Shown here in pieces: positions 50,911 through 58,513 of a stretch of 64,000 bases of DNA. The position numbers and the translations under genes are program-made. Under the pieces are notes generated by a model. That model was not told the origin of the DNA. It was given only the letters and a program-made list of their open reading frames with translations, and made no database searches. The first letter of the stretch is position 1; each line of letters begins with the position of its first letter. The DNA is taken from assembly GCA_963835595.1 (NCBI GenBank), contig CAWIGL010000003.1, positions 509,620 to 573,619 on the forward strand, given 5' to 3'. Source of the stretch: an uncultured delta proteobacterium (GTDB taxonomy: Bacteria; Desulfobacterota; Syntrophorhabdia; Syntrophorhabdales; WCHB1-27).

Positions 50911-51723
50911 CTACAAGCCCTGCGCCACCTCTCGCTCTCTTTGACCTTCCCCGTCGAACCCGAGCCTGCGCGATATCCGCCCCGTTGCCTCTTTCAGCTT
51001 GCCCGCGATGGAACGGTGCTGCTCCGGGTCGAAATGGGACCGCAGAAGCGTCACTACGACGGATGCGGCCACATCCCCGTAAGCGTTGAAGATGGGGGCG
51101 GCTATCGCGTTCATATCCTCGTAATACTCGGCGTACCCGTAGGCGACCCCCTCCAAGCGGACCTTCGCGAGCTCCCGCCTCAGCGCTTCGGGGTCGGTTA
51201 TCGTGTTCGCGCTAAAGGCGGTAAGCGTCACGGAAGCCATGTACTTCGACATCTCGTCTTCGGGCAGGTACGCAAGGATAGCCTTCCCCGCAGCGGTCGC
51301 GTAGGCTGCCGCGCAATCGCCGACGGCTATCACGTGCCTCAGCGTCCTGGTGCTGTCCACGCCGTAAAGGAAAAGGACCTCCGTGCCCTTCATGATGGTA
51401 AGCTCGGCGTCCTCGTCAACCTCCGCAACCAGCTCGTGCATGATCGGCCTTGCGACGCGCACGAGGTTGTACGTAGACAGGTAGCGCGAGCTTAAGGCCA
51501 GGAGCTTCGGGCCGAGAAAGTAGCGCCTGTTCGACGCGGAATAGACAAGGTAATCGCGGCCGAGGAGATTGGACAGCAATGGCGTCAGGCTGCCCTTGGG
51601 AATCCCCGAGGTCCTGCACAGCTCGCCGTGGGTGATGCCGTTGTCCCTGGCGGCAATCGTCTCAAGTATGAGGATGACCCTGTCGGCCGATTTTACTATC
51701 GCCATATCGCCATTGTCGCGCAT
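50911..51723 (-). CDS. IclR-family transcriptional regulator
   Basis: VKSADRVILILETIA...HGELCRTSGIPKGSLTPLLSNL plus an effector domain. It is paralogous to 37917-38726. Confidence 0.85.
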   Translation of the reverse strand: MRDNGDMAIVKSADRVILILETIAARDNGITHGELCRTSGIPKGSLTPLLSNLLGRDYLVYSASNRRYFLGPKLLALSSRYLSTYNLVRVARPIMHELVAEVDEDAELTIMKGTEVLFLYGVDSTRTLRHVIAVGDCAAAYATAAGKAILAYLPEDEMSKYMASVTLTAFSANTITDPEALRRELAKVRLEGVAYGYAEYYEDMNAIAAPIFNAYGDVAASVVVTLLRSHFDPEQHRSIAGKLKEATGRISRRLGFDGEGQREREVAQGL

Positions 51724-51727
51724 CGGG

Positions 51728-51768
51728 ATAGATGTAGTTCACATGCGCAAACTATTGTTTGCATCTAT
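51728..51768. promoter_or_regulatory. Nested palindromes immediately upstream of the IclR gene (candidate autoregulatory operator)
   Basis: ATAGATG (51728-51734) pairs with CATCTAT (51762-51768), enclosing GCAAAC-TATT-GTTTGC (51747-51762). Confidence 0.3.
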
Positions 51769-51945
51769 GACCTATTCAAGGATATTTCAGGGCGATCTGG
51801 TTGTCAAGAAAAAACTCTTCACGAAAAAGACCCCGAAAAGGAAGATATGATATGCTATCATTGGGCACGGAAATGACGACTGATAATAACGAACAGGCAC
51901 TAAAATATAAATAGCAAACGGGATTATAAAGTCGGGAGGTCATGA

Positions 51946-52164
51946 ATGTTCAAGACGGTCGCTTATATCGAGAAAGACACCGAAACGGGGTTCTATGTTG
52001 CGACGGTTCCGGGCATTCCCGGTGCTCACACCCAGGCGGCGACGCTCGATGAGCTGCAAGAGAACCTGAAGGAAGTGGTGGAACTCTGCCTGGAGGAGAT
52101 GGACGCAGAGACAAGAAAACAATTGCCGGAATTTGTGGGATTGCAGCAGATAGAAGAATCATGA
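51946..52164 (+). CDS. HicB-like (UPF0150) antitoxin-family protein
   Basis: 72 aa, MFKTVAYIEKDTETGFYVATVPGIPGAHTQAATLDELQENLKEVVELCLE. An RBS GGGAGG lies 6 nt upstream. Confidence 0.7.
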   Translation: MFKTVAYIEKDTETGFYVATVPGIPGAHTQAATLDELQENLKEVVELCLEEMDAETRKQLPEFVGLQQIEES

Positions 52165-52427
52165 AAGACAGGAAAACAAACGAAATCGATGAGATGCGGC
52201 CGGAGTACGACTTCGATTATTCAAAAGCCGTTCAAGGAAAGTTCTACCGTCGATTGCTTGCAGAAGGGTCCAACGTGGCCGTCCTTGAGCCGGACGTGGC
52301 TAAGGCGTTCCATGACTCTGCTTCGGTAAACGAGGCCCTGAGGTCGCTCCTGGAGCTGACCCGTTCAACGAAGCATCTGACGAAGCGCTCAAGCGGCCGT
52401 GGAAAGAAAATTCCCGCCCGAGCGTGA
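52161..52427 (+). CDS. Small antitoxin-like protein (EYDF..SKA..GKFY motif plus an RHH-like tail)
   Basis: ATGA overlap with the HicB-like gene. MRPEYDFDYSKAVQGKFYRRL...VAVLEPDVAKAFHDSASVNEALRSLLEL resembles small antitoxins I recall from TA loci. The family was not firmly identified. Confidence 0.45.
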   Translation: MKDRKTNEIDEMRPEYDFDYSKAVQGKFYRRLLAEGSNVAVLEPDVAKAFHDSASVNEALRSLLELTRSTKHLTKRSSGRGKKIPARA

Positions 52428-52430
52428 AGA

Positions 52431-52520
52431 AACGAAAAAGGGGACAGGCTACTTTTCCGTATCCTATCATTTGTGGTTCCCACACTCATCACTGAAAAGT
52501 AGCCTGTCCCCTTTTTCGTT
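52431..52520. repeat. 27-bp perfect inverted repeat (AACGAAAAAGGGGACAGGCTACTTTTC) with a 36-nt loop, between convergent genes
   Basis: The arms at 52431-52457 and 52494-52520 are exact reverse complements. A third copy of the core lies at 53898-53920. Confidence 0.85.
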
Positions 52521-52598
52521 CAGTATGCTTGTGTCGCGAAATAAAGCCATCAGGCCACGCCAATTTCGTTAACGTCATTTCTATGGCCGGTCCTCCGC

Positions 52599-53573
52599 TC
52601 AACTCTTGAAGAACTCCCTTATACAGGCCATGGCACAAATCGTAACATCCCTCAACGGCTCCTCCTTGAAGTATCCACGGTAGTGTTCTAATCGCTTCCA
52701 TTCTTCGATGCGGCTGCACCCTCCGTGCACCAGTTCTGATCTTAGGTCGAAAAGTTCCTCTGCCCGCTCCGTCCATCCTTTGTCATCAGCAAAAACCTTC
52801 GTCACCCCTTCCTTAATTTTCGACTCCACCTGTCCCCTGATGCCAAACAAAGCATCCAGTGCTATAAACAGCTGAATGAATTTTTGTCCCCCCGTCGCCA
52901 TTATGCTATTGTGTATAAATTGTGACGCCACCGAAGCCCTTCGGGCCTTTTCCCCTCCCGCGCCGTCACGGGACTTGTACCATTCAACCACCTGCCGAAT
53001 TACCCCATCACTCACTGCTATCTTGCTCAACAGAGGATGGAGCACTATACCGATAGAAGTGTAGACGAGTTCTTCTGAGAACTGCATACAATACGATACA
53101 GGGTAATCAGCGCTCCTACGGAGCACACGGGGATTGGATGAATATTCAAAAGATAACAAGACCGAGATGAAAGTCTTCATTCGCTCCCCGGCTATTTGTA
53201 GCGCTCCTGTCTTAGTTCCTTTAATTTCACAAACCAACCAACTTTCGGGCATGCCTCTGAACAATCTATCCGTAGAACCGGTAACCATACCGGTCTGAGG
53301 ACTCCAACTTCTTACCCCAGAGTACTTCAAGCCCATCCTATCCCAGGCATCCCTGTTTGCGGGTTCAAGGATCGATAGGCCATCGAATCCAATCTCGCTG
53401 GAAGGAACAGACATACGATAAAGGGGGTAGGCTATCAGCCATTCTTTTAGCTCTTGAATCATAGCTTTATGAATCACCTCCCATAGCCGCTTTGAAAATT
53501 CCCTAACATCTTCTATTTTTCTCGCCGAAAACAGAGTGTCTACCTCATGTCCACAGACCTTACCTAGCATCAA
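52599..53573 (-). CDS. Hypothetical protein with a C-terminal HEPN-like Rx4H motif (candidate abortive-infection/toxin RNase)
   Basis: 324-aa ORF in an AT-richer segment. The C-terminal helical region is FIALDALFGIRGQ...AEELFDLRSELVHGG (R278-H283, nt 52725-52742). It may be fused with the upstream ORF 53560-53889. Confidence 0.55.
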   Translation of the reverse strand: MMLGKVCGHEVDTLFSARKIEDVREFSKRLWEVIHKAMIQELKEWLIAYPLYRMSVPSSEIGFDGLSILEPANRDAWDRMGLKYSGVRSWSPQTGMVTGSTDRLFRGMPESWLVCEIKGTKTGALQIAGERMKTFISVLLSFEYSSNPRVLRRSADYPVSYCMQFSEELVYTSIGIVLHPLLSKIAVSDGVIRQVVEWYKSRDGAGGEKARRASVASQFIHNSIMATGGQKFIQLFIALDALFGIRGQVESKIKEGVTKVFADDKGWTERAEELFDLRSELVHGGCSRIEEWKRLEHYRGYFKEEPLRDVTICAMACIREFFKS

Positions 53574-53889
53574 ATAAAGACGGGTTCAAAGCATTTTCTT
53601 TAAGCGCGTTAACTATCGCCGCGCTGAAGCCCTCCAAGTCTCCAAACCGTAAGTTTGTGTCGTAAAGCATGGCCATGGAGCATATGTCCTTGATATGCAA
53701 CCCGGCAGAAGGTGCACACCACCAGATCAGACCTATTCCCCCGTATGGTTGTAAAGGTGTTCTGTTAGCAAAGAACTGGCATTCTAAAGGAGTACGCTCC
53801 TTCAAATTGATACTCTTTGTAACCGATATGACTTTGCCAAGTATATGGTCCAGCTTCATCCTAGACTCAGCCTCTTGTTTTCCCCACAA
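53560..53889 (-). CDS. Hypothetical protein, either a separate upstream gene or the N-terminal part of the HEPN-motif protein
   Basis: 109-aa ORF overlapping the start of 52599-53573 by 14 nt in a T-rich stretch. It has the same low GC as its neighbour. Confidence 0.4.
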   Translation of the reverse strand: MWGKQEAESRMKLDHILGKVISVTKSINLKERTPLECQFFANRTPLQPYGGIGLIWWCAPSAGLHIKDICSMAMLYDTNLRFGDLEGFSAAIVNALKENALNPSLFDAR

Positions 53890-53897
53890 ATCGGAAA

Positions 53898-53920
53898 GAA
53901 AAAGGGGACAGGCTACTTTT
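53898..53920 (+). repeat. Third copy of the GAAAAAGGGGACAGGCTACTTTT repeat core
   Basis: 23 of 23 nt identical to 52434-52456. It is direct relative to copy 1 and inverted relative to copy 2, so copies 2 and 3 bracket the HEPN-motif gene(s). Confidence 0.85.
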
Positions 53921-54203
53921 TCGCCCTCCCTCCGCGCCCTGCGCTCCGATCACATGTTAATCATAGCCACCAGTAATGGTGTATTGCAAGAAAAACATTC
54001 TGCGGCTCTCTTTCAGGAAGAATCAGGTGAGCGATTAGGTCTACGATAACATAAGCGTATTTCGGGGTGCGAGGGCGGCCGGAGAGATTTTCGATGGATT
54101 TCCTGTTGTTTTTCGACGGCGCGCGACGCAGCATACTTTTTGTGTATGTGAGGAGCCGCGCCTAGAAAAACGACGGGAAAGGCGCGAAAATAACCCGGCC
54201 GCC

Positions 54204-55931
54204 TTATAGACTAATCACGTCGGAAGGACAGGTGGAGACGCACAGACCACATGCCACGCATGTATCCTGTTTGATGTGCGCCTTCGGGACGGCGCTCTCC
54301 GTCTGCGGGCCGAAAAGTGCAAGGGGCATCTGCACAAGCTCGATCTCGATGGCCCCGTGGGGGCACGCCTCCTTGCACGCGCCGCAGCCGCTGCACCGCT
54401 CTTCGTTGACTTCCGGCAGCACCCGCTCCTCTTCGTCGTCGAGGCGCATCTCTCCTGCCGCCCCGAGCACCTCGCGGGCCTCCCACCTTGCAGCGCGCGG
54501 GTGGCGGATGAAACCCACATGGTATCGCTTCCGTCCCCATTTCGTCGGCGACCACCGAAGCTGCGGCTCGGACCTGTGAGCGGAGAGAAATTCTTTGTCG
54601 CGCAACGGCGCGACATAGTCCTCAAGCCGGAAGACCCTATCGACCGCGAAGCTCATCTCCCTGCCGCCGCCCGCGACGACAACCGACCCGCCGTCGAGCC
54701 TGACGTCCTCTCCCTCTTCCAGGTGGACGAAAAGGACGCCCTCCCGCCGCGCTTCTTCGTAAGCAAGCTCTTCGTAAGAGGGGGCGGCCATGTTGCGCGT
54801 CAGCACGTAGACCGTCTTCCCGGCCCTGCGCAGGTTTCTGGCAGCCTCGATGAACCGGGACGAGAAAAACTCGTAGAACATCCGCGTCGCCGGGTCGTCC
54901 GTCCCCAGGTAGAAAAGGCAGGAATCGAACGGGCCGTCGGGAAGTGCGATCTCCGGCGGCTCTTCCCTGTATAGCCTGGGGTCGTGCGGTGCCGCCGCGT
55001 GCGCAGCGTCATGGGCGGCAGCGAAACCCGCGCCGAAGCCCGTTAAGATCGCGTCTTTTATATTCATCGGCTCAAGGGCGCCTCCGCAGGCGTAGACCCC
55101 GTCGGCGTCCGTGCGCAAGGCCCCCTTTTCTTCGACGAAGCCAAAGGCATTGAGCGAAAAATTGAAAACGCCGGCAAGCTCCCGCAAGGCCGGGTTGGGG
55201 CGCAGGCCGATCGCCAGCACGACGTAGTCGAACGCCTCTTCGACGAGCTTCCCGCCCGCGAAATAGCGCAGCCGCACCTCGTCCCCTTCCGCCTCGAAGT
55301 ACCGCGAGTTGGCCCTTATGAACCTGACGCCTCCGTCGCGGTATATCTTCTCCATGAAGAACTCGCTCCCGAAGAGGCGAAGGTCGTTATAGAAAACGGT
55401 GATCGCAGGCGCCGCCCTCTGGAGTGTCCATTTTATCTCCCTGATCGTGTAGGAGCAGCAGACGGACGAGCACAAGGGGTATTCCTCGCAGCGTGAGCCG
55501 ACGCAGAGGACAAAGGCGATCCGGTTGAAGTCCGCAGGCAACTCGCCGTTGCGCTGGTCGATCAGGGCGTCGTATTCGAGGCTCGTCAATACCCTCGGCC
55601 CTTTATAGGCGATGGGGTCGTAAGGGGAAAGGCCCGTCGCTACGACCACTCTGTCCGCATCCAGCGTCCGGCCGTCCGAAAGGGTGAGCAGAAACGCGCC
55701 GTCCTTCCGCTGGGCCGCAACGATCTTCGCGCTTCTGATAACGGTAAGGCGGGGGTTTCCGCCGATCTCGTCGTGAAAGGTCTTGAACCCGACGCGGCAG
55801 TTGGCGATGCGCGCCATGAGGCCGCCCGGCTCGGCCGCAGATTCGACCACAACGGCATTGTGCCCCTCTTTGAGGATGACCTTTGCCGCCGATATGCCGC
55901 TGATGCCTCCGCCAGCTATGACTACGTTCAT
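54204..55931 (-). CDS. HdrA-like FAD oxidoreductase with a C-terminal 2x[4Fe-4S] ferredoxin domain (atypical; lacks the HdrA N-terminal domain)
   Basis: MNVVIAGGGISGISAA, FVLCVGSRCEEYPLCSSVCC, DGVYACGG, CSGCGACKEACP and CVACGLCVSTCP. 575 aa, intact. Confidence 0.8.
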   Translation of the reverse strand: MNVVIAGGGISGISAAKVILKEGHNAVVVESAAEPGGLMARIANCRVGFKTFHDEIGGNPRLTVIRSAKIVAAQRKDGAFLLTLSDGRTLDADRVVVATGLSPYDPIAYKGPRVLTSLEYDALIDQRNGELPADFNRIAFVLCVGSRCEEYPLCSSVCCSYTIREIKWTLQRAAPAITVFYNDLRLFGSEFFMEKIYRDGGVRFIRANSRYFEAEGDEVRLRYFAGGKLVEEAFDYVVLAIGLRPNPALRELAGVFNFSLNAFGFVEEKGALRTDADGVYACGGALEPMNIKDAILTGFGAGFAAAHDAAHAAAPHDPRLYREEPPEIALPDGPFDSCLFYLGTDDPATRMFYEFFSSRFIEAARNLRRAGKTVYVLTRNMAAPSYEELAYEEARREGVLFVHLEEGEDVRLDGGSVVVAGGGREMSFAVDRVFRLEDYVAPLRDKEFLSAHRSEPQLRWSPTKWGRKRYHVGFIRHPRAARWEAREVLGAAGEMRLDDEEERVLPEVNEERCSGCGACKEACPHGAIEIELVQMPLALFGPQTESAVPKAHIKQDTCVACGLCVSTCPSDVISL

Positions 55932-56612
55932 AACTTGCCGCCCTCTCCCATGACGTAGAGCAAAAGGTCGGTCAGATAGACGACCTTCCTGTCACCGGTG
56001 AAGGTTGTAAGAGCCATGTGGCACAGGGGACAGAAGACAACGAGGGTTCCCGCCGATTTTTCGAGGATCAGCGTGGAGAGTTTTTCAGTGGCCCATTTGC
56101 CGGCGAAGAACCGGCTGCCCCCGCAGCACTTGTCCTTCACCTTCTCCCCTTCTATCTCCCCGCCGAAGAAGGCAATCGCCTCCTCCATGACGTTCTTGTT
56201 CTTTATGGCCGTGCCTTCGGGCCGCAAGAGTATGCATCCGTAATAGGGCGTGAAGACGCGCCCTTTGAGGTCCCGCTTGGCCGGAAGGCGCGAAAGCGCA
56301 TCGTTGTCGATAAGCTCCAGGGGACTTAAAACATTGTGCGTGCGCCCTCTGTCCGCTTCCTTGAGGTTTTTATAGCAGGCGGGGCACGGGGCGACGACGC
56401 CCGGCCGCCCCAGCTTTTGCGCCTTTTGGAGGTTCTCCCCCGAAAGCTTAAGCAGCTCCCTCCGGTCCCCGTACTCCATCGCCCCGCAGCAGTTCCAGTC
56501 GGGCACATCGCTGAGGGCTGTGGCCCAGGGCAGCGGCGATGCGCCTCACGCCCTTGTCGAGGGTGCGCGCGGAAGCCGTCAGGGAGCAGCCGGGGTAATA
56601 GGCGTAATCCAT
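55928..56612 (-). CDS. hdrB: Heterodisulfide-reductase subunit B-like (CCG domains); one frameshift at about 56515
   Basis: MDYAYYPGCSLTASARTLDKGVRRIAAALGHS|LSDVPDWNCCGA...PCPACY...YYGCILLRP...KCCGG...CPLCH. Confidence 0.8.
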
Positions 56613-57064
56613 CTATCTCCTCTTAACCCTGTGGGGCAGGTGGAAGCTCATGTAGCCCGTCCATCGCGTGAGGTGCTTTATGTAGCCCTCCGTTATCGAG
56701 AAAGCGCAGGGACCGCATGAATACATACGGCTCGTACACCCTGCCCACGTAGGCCACGGACGCCTTGAACGCCCTCTCGAAGGGCGAAGCGACGCCCAAT
56801 GCCTCCCGCAGCGCCATGATGACCTCAGGCACGCGCACCTGCCAGGGGCAGGCGGCAGTGCAGCGGTAGCAGCCCGTGCAGTAGCGGACAAGGTCGTCCT
56901 GCGGGCCCTATCTCTCCGCCGAGAAACAGCCGCGCGAGAAGCTCCTGCGGGTTGACGCCGAGGCCGAGGTCGTTCACCGTGCAGACGGAAGCGCATATCT
57001 TGCAGCCGAGGCAGACCGAAAGGTCTTCCCTGCGCACGCCCGCGAGCTCTATGATCGTTGTCAA
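56613..57064 (-). CDS. hdrC: Heterodisulfide-reductase subunit C-like; two frameshifts (about 56905 and 56720)
   Basis: CLGCKICASVCTV...LFLGGEI|..QDDLVRYCTGCYRCTAACPWQVRVPEVIMALRE...|..FSITEGYIKHLTRWTGYMSFHLPHRVKRR*. The stop directly abuts the hdrB ATG (TAGATG). Confidence 0.75.
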
Positions 57065-58088
57065 TCATCTGCATCGTGCAGCTCGTCCTCCTGGAACGTC
57101 AGATAGGGTATGGCCTCTTCGGCGTCGCGGCCCGACATATAGCCGAACATCCCTTGGAGCCTCTCCGATATGCCCTTGAAGTACGTCGCCAGAGGGATCG
57201 ACTGCGGGCATGCCTCCTCGCACGCCCCGCACCCGACGCAGCTCTGTGAGACGTGGAACATCCTCACCAGATGGAAGACCTCCCGCCCTTGCGGCATGGC
57301 GCCCTGCCCCGTGCGCAGCACTTTGTTGAGCAGGGCGTCGCCCTTCGGCAGGTATTCGTCGCCGTTGAAGAGACAATCGATGCAGTAGCAGACAGGGCAG
57401 ACGTCGCGGCAGTTCTTGCACATGATGCACGAGGCGAAGTCCTTCGCAAAGGCGGCCATGTCCGTATGGAAAGCACCGCCCTTTGGTGACACGGCTTCGG
57501 CCAGGAGCATATCCGGCATCGCATCCGCTGCCTCGCCCTCGATCGAGCTCGAGGAAGGCATCGCCTTTTTCCGTATAGGAGCAAGGCCCAAAGGCTGCCG
57601 TCCGCCGCCGCGCGCACGCCCGCGTCCCCGACGACGCCCCTTCTCTCCCTGCACGTCCGGCAGGCGGGGCGCATCCTGTCGGGCGTCTTTGAAGTATTCG
57701 GCAAGGCCCGGCGCCTCGGCGGGCAGGTCGGCGATCTTCTCCTTCGACGAGACGGTGCCGGGGCAATCGACGGAGACGGCGATGATGCCCGCGGGCTCGA
57801 TCTGGGTCAGCTTGACCAGCTCGACGTACGCCCTTATCTCGCACGGCCGGAGCATGAGGACGATCCTTGCGCCCTTCGAGAAGAGGCGGCGCAGATAGAG
57901 CGCGCCGTTCACGTCGAAGTACGGGTTGAAAAGCGCGTGGCCGTCGATGCGTTCCCTTGAATATCCGGTGGCGGACGCCTTCTGCGCCCCTCTCGAACCC
58001 GAAGACGAGGCAGCCCTCGTCGCCGAGGAACCCGCTCGAGGGCCCTTTCGAGCGCGCCTTCCTTAATCTTTTTTGCCTGCGTCTGCAT
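57061..58088 (-). CDS. Hdr-associated Fe-S protein (AsrA/FrhB-like, two C-terminal 4Fe-4S motifs); 2 or more frameshifts (about 58035, about 57955, possibly more near 57600-57700)
   Basis: MQTQAKKIKEGALERALE|SGFLGDEGCLVFGFERG...RIFK|ERIDGHALFNPYFDVNGALYLRR...MLRPCEIRAYVEL...VDCPGTV...CIMCKNCRDVCPVCYC...CVGCGACEEACP. The family assignment is tentative. Confidence 0.6.
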
Positions 58089-58485
58089 GGGCGGCTTCCT
58101 TTATCTCGTCGTACATGGCGGTCACCTTTTCGAACGAAGCGGCGCGCCTCCGCGGCGCTCACCCAGAAGAGGCGCAGCTTCTCCTTCATGGAGAAGGCGT
58201 CGAGCATCTCCTTCAGGGCCGCGATCTTCCGCCTCGTAAAATAGTTCCCCTTGATGAAATGGCAGTCGCCCGGATGGCAGCCCGCCACGAAGACCGCGTC
58301 CGCGCCGTCGAAGATCGACTTTATGACGAACGCAGGGTCCACCCTGCTTGAGCAGGGCACCTGGACGAGCCTCACCCCTTCGGGGTACTTCATCCTGAGG
58401 CTCCCCGCCATCTCGGACGCCTTGAACGTGCAGAAGGAGCAGGCAAAGCCGACTATCTGGGGGCTCTTTCCGCTTTTTCTTCCAT
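58063..58485 (-). CDS. mvhD: MvhD-like (methyl-viologen-reducing hydrogenase delta subunit family) protein; two frameshifts (A5 run at about 58472, and about 58135)
   Basis: MEEK..|GKSPQIVGFACSFCTFKASEMAGSLRMKYPEGVRLVQVPCSSRVDPAFVIKSIFDGADAVFVAGCHPGDCHF...LFWVSAAEARRF|FEKVTAMYDEIKE... Confidence 0.8.
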
Positions 58486-58513
58486 GATATCCCTCTCGCC
58501 TCTCATAACTTGC

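Noticed and set aside
51724-51945. A missing HicA toxin upstream of the HicB-like gene
   Set aside because: There are only very short ORFs (10 codons or fewer) with no RBS. Nothing resembles the HicA dsRBD-like fold sequence.
53669-54049. 126-aa plus-strand ORF spanning repeat copy 3
   Set aside because: It overlaps the minus-strand low-GC ORF and the repeat, has no RBS, and has an implausible composition.
57580-57700. R/G-rich stretch (QGEKGRRRGRGRARGGGRQPLG) inside the Hdr-associated Fe-S protein, considered as a real linker
   Set aside because: Alternative frames here contain a CxxC-like string (ACRTCRE), so a compensating pair of indels is as likely as a genuine low-complexity linker. 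This cannot be resolved from the sequence alone.
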